The position numbers were made by a program, and so were the translations under genes. A stretch of 64,000 nucleotides of DNA from an uncultured Actinomycetota bacterium (lineage in GTDB: Bacteria > Actinomycetota > Actinomycetes > Mycobacteriales > CADCTP01): contig CAWATS010000007.1 in assembly GCA_963785005.1 (NCBI GenBank), forward strand, positions 1,059,791 through 1,123,790, given 5' to 3'. This document shows, one piece after another, positions 57,825 to 64,000 of the stretch (position 1 is its first letter; every line of letters begins with the position of its first letter). A model generated the notes under the pieces. That model did not search any database. It saw nothing but the letters and a program-made list of their open reading frames with translations, and was not told the origin of the DNA.

Positions 57825-59110
57825 GTGGACCCTCCGGGACGGGGCCGGTCCGGTGCCGGCCTCTCGTCCCCTACACGAACGGCGGCCGACCGGATCGACA
57901 GTGGACGCGGGTGGCGGCGGAGCGTGGCCGCGACCGCGTCGGCGACCGTGGCCGCGTCGAGGGGGAAGCCGAGGAAGTTGCCGGAGCTGCGGCGGGTGAG
58001 CCAGCGCAGCCCGACGTACCAGAGCCCGGGTGCGGGGGCGGCGGTCTCCTGGTGCACCGGTCGTCCCCCGGCGTCGGTGAGCCCGGGATCGAGCCAGCGG
58101 AAGTCGCCGGCGTACCCGGTGCACCACACGACGCTGCCGATGTCGTGGGCGCGCAGGTGGAGGGTCGACGGTGGGTGGAGCTCGACCGGCATGTCGGCCT
58201 CGTCGGGTGCGGCAGGTGGGGCGTCGCGGCCGGTACGCCGGATGAACTCGTCGAGCATCGCCCGGACCCGGGTCGCGAAGGCGTCCGCGGCGGCGACGTT
58301 GGCCGGGGCGCTGGCGTCGAAGCTGACCCGTTCGCCGTCGACCGCGACCAGGCGCCCGGCCAGGGTGGCCCCGGACCGGGCCAGCGTCTGCAGGCTGACG
58401 CTGCGGCCGCCCGGCGCGAGCAGCGGCTGGGGCGCACGGATGACGGACGGGTCCGCCAGGTCCCGTGGGCGCTGGTCGAAGAAGCCGCACTCGACGAGCC
58501 ACTCGACCGTGTCGCGGCCGCGGTGTCGCCCGGGTGCCCGGCCGACGGCACTGGTCGCCAGGACCACCCGCCGGCCGGCGGCAAGCAGCTCCTCGGTGAT
58601 CTGGTAGCCGGACTGTGCGCTGCCCACGACCAGCACGGCACCGTCGGGCAGTCCCGCCGGCGCGCGGTAGTCCGCGGCGTGGTGGTGCCCGACCCGCGCC
58701 GGGAACCGTCGGGCCAGCCCCGGTGTGCGCGGCACGTTCTCGTCCCCGGTCGCGACGACGACGGTGCGGGCGCGGACGTCGCCGTCCCCGGTACGCAGGA
58801 TCCACCCGCCGGCGCCCGACTCCAGGCCGACCACGTCGACGTGCTCGCGGACCGGGCAGGAGGCGGCGAGGTCGTCCAGCCGCTGGACGACCTCGGCACG
58901 GGTCAGGTAGCTGTCCGCGGGCTGGTCGCCGAGCATCGGGTTCATCCAGCCCGGATTGTTCAGGCGCAGCGAGTCCCAGCGCTGGCTGCGCCAGCTCTGC
59001 CCGGCCCGGCCCCGCTCCAGCACGACGTGGTCGACACCGCGGCCGGTCAGCGCGACGCTCACCGCCAGCCCGGCCGGACCGGCGCCCACGACCACACAGT
59101 CGATCACCAT
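57821..59110 (-). CDS. FAD-dependent oxidoreductase (flavin monooxygenase-like)
   Basis: 'VVVGAGPAGLA' and a second dinucleotide motif 'VLVVGSAQSG'. Confidence 0.8.
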   Translation of the reverse strand: MVIDCVVVGAGPAGLAVSVALTGRGVDHVVLERGRAGQSWRSQRWDSLRLNNPGWMNPMLGDQPADSYLTRAEVVQRLDDLAASCPVREHVDVVGLESGAGGWILRTGDGDVRARTVVVATGDENVPRTPGLARRFPARVGHHHAADYRAPAGLPDGAVLVVGSAQSGYQITEELLAAGRRVVLATSAVGRAPGRHRGRDTVEWLVECGFFDQRPRDLADPSVIRAPQPLLAPGGRSVSLQTLARSGATLAGRLVAVDGERVSFDASAPANVAAADAFATRVRAMLDEFIRRTGRDAPPAAPDEADMPVELHPPSTLHLRAHDIGSVVWCTGYAGDFRWLDPGLTDAGGRPVHQETAAPAPGLWYVGLRWLTRRSSGNFLGFPLDAATVADAVAATLRRHPRPLSIRSAAVRVGDERPAPDRPRPGGST

Positions 59111-59186
59111 GTCCGGCCGCCCTGATCACCCGGAGCCGGCACCGAGGCGGCCACGGCGGCCACCGTACGTCCGCCGGTCATGGCCG

Positions 59187-59933
59187 TCAGGGACCTGTGT
59201 TCCACCGCCGCCGGCCGTGGTCGGGATACGCCTCGGCGAGCAGGCGCTCGGGCGCGGTGATGGTGATGGCGCCTCTGGCGGTCTCCAGCAGGCCCTCCCG
59301 GCGCAACTCGCGCAGCGTCCGCACGACCACCTCCCGCACGGTGCCGACCGCGTCGGCCAGGTGCTGCTGGCTGATCGGGGCGACGAGCCCGCTGCCGCGC
59401 TGGCGCTCGGAGGCCAGGTCGAGCAGGTGGCGGGCGATGCGTTGCCGCACGGTGCCGAACGCCGAGCCGCCGATCTCCGCCACGAAGGCCGCGGCGCGCT
59501 CGCTGAGCTCGAGCAGCAGGACCCTGGCCACCCGGACGTCGGAGTCGGCCAGCCGCTGCACCAGCGCGGGGTCGATCGCCAGCAGCTGCGAGTCGACGAC
59601 GGCCTGGGTCGTGGCCGGCATGGCGAACGGGTCGGCGTACAGCGACAGGACGCCCATCAGTGCGCCGGTCCGGCAGTACCGGACGGTCAGCGTCCGGCCG
59701 TCGGGCGCGCCCACGTGCACCCGGACCAGACCCCGTACGACGAGCTCGACGTGGCGCACGTCGTCGCCGGCGGGGTGCAGCGTCTCCCCCGCCGCCGCGT
59801 CCCGCCGCCGAGCGCCGTCCAGCAGCGTCGCGATGACCTCGGACGGCAGGCCGCGCAGGTGCGAGGAGGCTATCGCCGCCCGCAGCCGGTCATCCGCCGG
59901 CAGGCCGGCCCGCCACCCGGGCGAGGGCGTCAT
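59187..59933 (-). CDS. Crp/Fnr family transcriptional regulator
   Basis: cNMP-binding-like N-terminal domain and C-terminal HTH 'SQQHLADAVGTVREVVVRTLRELRREG'. Confidence 0.88.
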   Translation of the reverse strand: MTPSPGWRAGLPADDRLRAAIASSHLRGLPSEVIATLLDGARRRDAAAGETLHPAGDDVRHVELVVRGLVRVHVGAPDGRTLTVRYCRTGALMGVLSLYADPFAMPATTQAVVDSQLLAIDPALVQRLADSDVRVARVLLLELSERAAAFVAEIGGSAFGTVRQRIARHLLDLASERQRGSGLVAPISQQHLADAVGTVREVVVRTLRELRREGLLETARGAITITAPERLLAEAYPDHGRRRWNTGP

Positions 59934-60240
59934 CTCCGTCGGTCCGCGGTCTCGCGCAGCTCGCCGGTGAGGAACCCGTTCAGCACCGGCGTGACGACCT
60001 CGATCAGCGTCTCCGGGTCGAGGGCCGCGATGGGTCGGGCAGGTGCAGGTCGATGTCGACCGCCGCGCCGAGCAGGCCCTCCTTGCTCCGGTAGTAGCGC
60101 ATGACCATGGCGGGGTCGACGCCGGCGTCCGAGGCGACCGACCGGATGGTCGTCCGCTCGTACCCGTCCCGCGTGAAGCGGCGCCGGGCCGCGGCGAGGA
60201 TCGCCTCCCGGGCGGGCTGCGAGCGCTTGGTGAACGCCAC
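59930..60240 (-). pseudogene. TetR family regulator remnant (HTH half only, frame break at ~60033-60045)
   Basis: 'ILAAARRRFTRDGYERTTIRSVASDAGVDPAMVMRYYRSKEGLL' TetR_N. The reading then shifts to '...PIAALDPETLIEVVTPVLNGFL' and stops after about 103 codons, roughly half the usual TetR length. Confidence 0.65.
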
Positions 60241-60419
60241 CCGGCGAGACTATGCCAACAAGTGTTATCAAGCCCGCCGGCTAGCAGTGCTGTCGACGAG
60301 TGTCGGCAAGACGACGTGGCGTGGGTCGCGGCCGTGCAGCGCGCGGGTGAGCCGGGGTCAGCCGGGCGGCGACGTCGAGATCGTCGGCGCGGGCGGCCGA
60401 ACGCCCGCGGGAGGTGCGG

Positions 60420-61340
60420 GCTCAGGCGGGCGCCGCCACCGGCACCCCGCCGGTGGCGGCGAGGATCGAAGTTGCCGATCGACCGGTTGCCCAGCCGGCG
60501 TGTAGACGCCGGGGAAGCCGGTCGCGCCGCAGCCGATGCCCCAGCTCGTCACGCCGACCTCGAGGTACTCGGGCGAGCCGACCGCCTTGACGAACAGCGG
60601 GCAGCTGCTGTCGCCTGGCAGGTGTCAGGTTGGTCCGGCCGGCGCCAGCATGGTTCATCGATCGTCGCGTCCGCGGTCCGCGTACGCGTGCGGCACTCGG
60701 CCCGGCAACCATCGGCGACCGAGCCTGCTGCATCCAGGTACCCGGACACGCTGACGCCGCCGCCACCGGGGCCGGCACGGCTGAGCGATGGTGCTGCCCC
60801 AGCCGGTGACGGTGACCGAGGTGCCGGCCGCTCAGCGCGGCGGCGCCGGGGTGACCAGCGAGACCGGGCGGATGGCGGTGACCGGCGAGACGAGCGTGAG
60901 CACCGCCGCGTCGTGGGTGAAGGTCGAGGGGCTCCACCGCGGGTGGATCGGCGATCGACGCGACCCGGCGCTTCCGGCCCTGGGTGCTGGTCAGCACGGT
61001 CGGCGCGACGACGATGCGCAGGTCGCTGCAGCGGTAGCAGGCCGGCATCGTCGCCGATGAAGTCCACGCAGTGCGTTCGCGCTGAGCGACCTGGAACGGC
61101 GTGATCAGGCTGTCCCGGGACGCAGTATTGCCGCTGGAAGTCGTCGTCCCCGAAGGACTGGGCGAGCAGTCGCGGCCTGGAACTTGTACAGCCCGATCGG
61201 CACCGGGTCCGCCGGCGACGATCCGCGGGACGACCGCAGCCGAGCATGCCGGAGGGCGTCGACCCGGACCGGTGCTTGATCGGCAGCCGCTCGGACGCCG
61301 GCGGCGGCTGCGGTGGACGCGCCGGCAAGGTTCATCGCCC
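60420..61340 (-). pseudogene. Trypsin-like (S1) serine protease, heavily decayed
   Basis: Family hallmarks are scattered over all three minus-strand frames: 'RIVAGG', 'DDDFQRQYC', 'HCVDF', 'DTCQ' and 'TSWGIGCGATGFPGVYT'. Several in-frame stops. Confidence 0.6.
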
Positions 61341-61807
61341 CAGCAGGCACGCGGGAGGACGGCGCAGGACGCGACGGTGCACGCCGGCCTCGCGGACAGC
61401 GGGGACGGTGCGGCCCAGCGTTGCATCGCCGGGGTCGGTCCGAGGCCGCGTTGTCCACAACCCCGCGGCGCGCCCGCCAGCCCGGGATGAACACCGGGAC
61501 CAGGACCGCGATGGGCCTCGCCGGGATGCTCGCCGACGTGCTGGCCGGCCGCGCCGGCGACGCGCACCTGAGACGGCTACCAGGCGGTACGCGGCGACCG
61601 GTCGCGGTCGGGCGTCGGGTCTCGACGACCGACCGTGATCACCCGCGGTCGGCGAGCCGGCCCGCATGCCCGCTGGCGGCCCGGGCGGTGCGCAACACGG
61701 GCGGCTCGGCCGTCGTCGGGCGGCATCGGGCCGATGCGGCGCCGGCTGGCCATGGACCTCTGACCGCGCTCGCCACCGACCCGGCGCGGCGCACGGCGTC
61801 GCCCGGG

Positions 61808-61903
61808 TGGCGGAGGCGGAGGGGAATCGAACCCCCCTGACCCGCGGAGCGGGCCACGACGGTTTTGAAGACCGCGGGGGCCACCAGGCGCCCGTACGCC
61901 TCC
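61808..61903 (-). tRNA. selC: tRNA-Sec (anticodon UCA)
   Basis: The minus strand reads GGAGGCGT...GGTCTTCAAAACC...(long GC variable arm GGCCCGC/GCGGGTC)...GGTTCGATTCC...CGCCTCCGCCA. It is about 96 nt with a 7-8 bp acceptor stem, and lies adjacent to selD. Confidence 0.9.
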
Positions 61904-61921
61904 GGGGAGCACGATACGGGG

Positions 61922-62926
61922 GTGACGGCGAGCACCACCTACCGGCTGACCCAGTACGCGCACGGCGGCGGCTGCGCCTGCAAGATCCCGCCCGGCGAGC
62001 TGGAGGCGGCGGTCGCCGGCCTGCTCGGCGCCGGCCCGCGGGACCCGGCCGGCGAGCTGCTGGTCGGCCTCGACGACGGCGACGACGCCGCCGTGGTCCG
62101 GCTCGCGAACGGCACCGGGATCGTCGCCACCACCGACTTCTTCACCCCGGTCGTCGACGACGCGTACGACTGGGGCCGGATCGCCGCCGCCAACGCGCTG
62201 TCCGACGTGTACGCGATGGGCGGCACCCCGCTGGTCGCGCTCAACCTGCTCTGCTGGCCCCGCGACGTGCTGCCGTACGAGCTGGCCGCCGAGGTGCTGC
62301 GCGGCGGCCTGGCCGTGGCGACCGACGCCGGCTGCCACGTCGCCGGCGGGCACAGCGTCGACGACCCGGAGCCCAAGTACGGCATGGCGGTGACCGGCCT
62401 GGTGGACCCGGCGCGGCTGCTGCGCAACGACGCGGGCCGCCCGGGCCTGCCGCTGACCCTGACCAAGCCGCTCGGGATCGGCGTGCTCAACAGCAGGCAC
62501 AAGGCCACCGGCGAGGTCTTCGGCCAGGCGGTCGCGGCGATGACCACGCTCAACCGGGATGCCGCGCGGGCGGCGGTCGACCGCGGCGTCCGGTGCGCCA
62601 CCGACGTCACCGGCTTCGGCCTGCTCGGCCACCTGCTCAAGCTCGCCCGCGCCAGCGGCGTCACCGCCGTGGTCGACCACGCCGCGGTCCCGTACCTGGA
62701 CGGCGCCCGGGAGGCGCTGCGCGCCGGCTACGTCCCCGGCGGCACCCGGCGCAACCTGGACTGGGTACGCCCGCACGCCGACCTCGACCGGGTCGGCGAG
62801 GACGAGGCCCTGCTGCTCGCCGACGCGCAGACCTCCGGCGGCCTGCTGCTGGCCGGCGAGATCCCCGGCCAGCCGGTGATCGGCGAGCTGGTCCCCCGCG
62901 GCGACACCCTGTTGGTGGTGCGGTAG
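61922..62926 (+). CDS. selD: Selenide, water dikinase (Cys-type)
   Basis: 'HGGGCACKIP' (TGC, not TGA), 'DDAAVV' and 'TTDFFTP'. AIR-synthase-like fold motifs. Confidence 0.9.
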   Translation: MTASTTYRLTQYAHGGGCACKIPPGELEAAVAGLLGAGPRDPAGELLVGLDDGDDAAVVRLANGTGIVATTDFFTPVVDDAYDWGRIAAANALSDVYAMGGTPLVALNLLCWPRDVLPYELAAEVLRGGLAVATDAGCHVAGGHSVDDPEPKYGMAVTGLVDPARLLRNDAGRPGLPLTLTKPLGIGVLNSRHKATGEVFGQAVAAMTTLNRDAARAAVDRGVRCATDVTGFGLLGHLLKLARASGVTAVVDHAAVPYLDGAREALRAGYVPGGTRRNLDWVRPHADLDRVGEDEALLLADAQTSGGLLLAGEIPGQPVIGELVPRGDTLLVVR

Positions 62927-63909
62927 TGGAGAAGGTCGTCGAGGAGCTGCTGAGCTCCGACGAGCCGTCGGTCCGCTGGATCGTCCGGACCGGCGTGCTC
63001 GGCGAGCCGGACGACCCGGGGCTGCGGACGGGCATCCGCGAGTCGGCCCGGGTCCGGACCCTGCTCGCCGGACGCGGCCGGGACGGCCGGGTCGAGGACC
63101 CCCGGCAGCCGTACTCGAAGTGGCGCGGCGCGCACTGGGTGCTGCTGGCGCTGGCCGAGCTCGGCTACCCGCCCGGCGACGAGGACCTGGCGCCGATGCG
63201 GGACCAGGTGCTGGACCGGTGGCTGACCCCCGCGGTCTTCCACGACGTCGAGAAGCCGACCGGCAAGGGCATCCTGGTCCGAGACGGGCGGCACCGGCGG
63301 TGCGCGTCCCAGCAGGGCGCCGCCCTGCTGGCGGTGACCCGGCTCGGGCTCGCGGACGAGCGGGCGGCCACCCTGGTCGAGCGGCTGCGGCACTGGCAGT
63401 GGCCGGACGGCGGATGGAACTGCGACAAGCGTGCCGAAGCCCGGATGTCGTCGGTGGCCGAGACGCTGCTGCCGCTGCGCGGCCTCTCCGCGTACGCCGA
63501 GCAGACCGGGGACCGGACCGCCCGCGCCGGCGCCCGCAAGGCCGCGGAGGTGCTGCTCGACCGCCGGCTGGCCTGGCGGCGGTCCACCGGGCGCCCGCTG
63601 GGCCACCGCACGGTCCTGCTGCGCTACCCGCTGTACTGGAACTACGACGTGCTCGGCGCGCTGCGCGCACTGGCGGAGGCCGACCTGCTGGCCGACCGCC
63701 GGTGCGCCGACGCGCTCGACCTGGTCGAGTCCAAGCGGCTGCCGGACGGCGGCTGGGCCGCCGAGGGCCGCTACTGGACCCCGGCCGGTGGCAGCGCCCC
63801 GCTCCGCGACCGGGTCGACTGGGGCCCGGACAAGCCGGGCGTACGCAACGACTGGGTGACCGCGCACGCGCTGGCCGTGCTCACCGCCGCCGGCCGGCTC
63901 ACCCCTTGA
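62926..63909 (+). CDS. Hypothetical alpha/alpha-toroid-like protein (prenyltransferase/squalene-cyclase-type repeats, tentative)
   Basis: GTG shares its G with the selD TAG stop (TAGTG). Repeated 'WQWPDGGW' and 'RLPDGGWAAEG' motifs recall terpenoid-cyclase/prenyltransferase beta-subunit repeats. Confidence 0.6.
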   Translation: MEKVVEELLSSDEPSVRWIVRTGVLGEPDDPGLRTGIRESARVRTLLAGRGRDGRVEDPRQPYSKWRGAHWVLLALAELGYPPGDEDLAPMRDQVLDRWLTPAVFHDVEKPTGKGILVRDGRHRRCASQQGAALLAVTRLGLADERAATLVERLRHWQWPDGGWNCDKRAEARMSSVAETLLPLRGLSAYAEQTGDRTARAGARKAAEVLLDRRLAWRRSTGRPLGHRTVLLRYPLYWNYDVLGALRALAEADLLADRRCADALDLVESKRLPDGGWAAEGRYWTPAGGSAPLRDRVDWGPDKPGVRNDWVTAHALAVLTAAGRLTP

Positions 63910-63917
63910 CGTGGTGC

Positions 63918-63992
63918 CCGCGAGTGATGACTTGGATCACCGAGTGAGAAGCAATAGCTCCTCACTCGGTGATCGAACTTCTCACTCGCGGG
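63918..63992. repeat. REP/MITE-like nested palindrome
   Basis: Outer arms 'cccgcgagtga' and 'tcactcgcggg'. Inner arms 'gatcaccgagtgag' and 'ctcactcggtgatc'. 12-nt loop. Lower GC. The window ends 8 nt later. Confidence 0.8.
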
Positions 63993-64000
63993 AGGGCTCG

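Noticed and set aside
53843-61807. Integrase, transposase or att direct repeats that would prove an island at tRNA-Sec
   Set aside because: No integrase/recombinase-like translation was found in any frame, and there is no visible copy of the tRNA 3' end near 53.8-54.4 kb. The island call therefore remains an inference.
61961-61990. Possibility that selD is itself a selenoprotein (TGA at the active-site loop)
   Set aside because: The codons read ggc ggc ggc tgc gcc tgc aag, so both positions are Cys (TGC). There is no in-frame TGA.

Overview
High-G+C (>70 % by eye) actinobacterial chromosomal window with about 65 genes packed on both strands, many joined by 4-nt GTGA/ATGA stop-start overlaps. 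Long ORFs antisense to real genes are common in the six-frame track and were discounted using third-position GC and recognisable motifs. Layout: (i) 1-16.5 kb is a cell-envelope glycan locus: Wzt-like ABC ATPase, FkbM/class-I/TylF-type methyltransferases, two GT2 enzymes, a GT-C-like membrane protein, UDP-glucuronate decarboxylase, a PhyH dioxygenase, rmlD-rmlB, an LCP ligase and a TIGR03089-like protein. (ii) 16.5-34.5 kb holds scoAB, DUF1028, a GAF-PAS-GGDEF cyclase, a PadR operon, an acyl-CoA dehydrogenase, UDP-glucose dehydrogenase, a helical-repeat protein/class F sortase/vWA-like operon, ArsR-SRPBCC, purEK and vapBC. (iii) 35.5-38.5 kb holds an ECF sigma fused to a zinc anti-sigma motif, a TM helix and a DUF11-like domain, followed by a paralogous TM-DUF11 gene. 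(iv) 38.5-48.5 kb holds acyl-CoA metabolism genes, a GtrA protein, and a HisKA_3 kinase and LuxR regulator separated by a Tap-type peptidase. (v) 48.5-64 kb holds mobA-fdhD and a complete selenocysteine machinery (selB, selA, tRNA-Sec, selD). selA and tRNA-Sec are separated by an ~8 kb wedge in which 4 of 10 genes are disrupted. Main oddities: at least nine genes need frame corrections, often at C/G runs, while all core genes read cleanly; several structured non-coding repeats (154-bp tandem duplication, 42-nt direct repeat flanking one gene, long REP-like palindromes, twin CACGTG palindromes); and an uncharacterised DGGW-repeat gene translationally coupled to selD. No CRISPR array, rRNA, transposase or integrase was seen.
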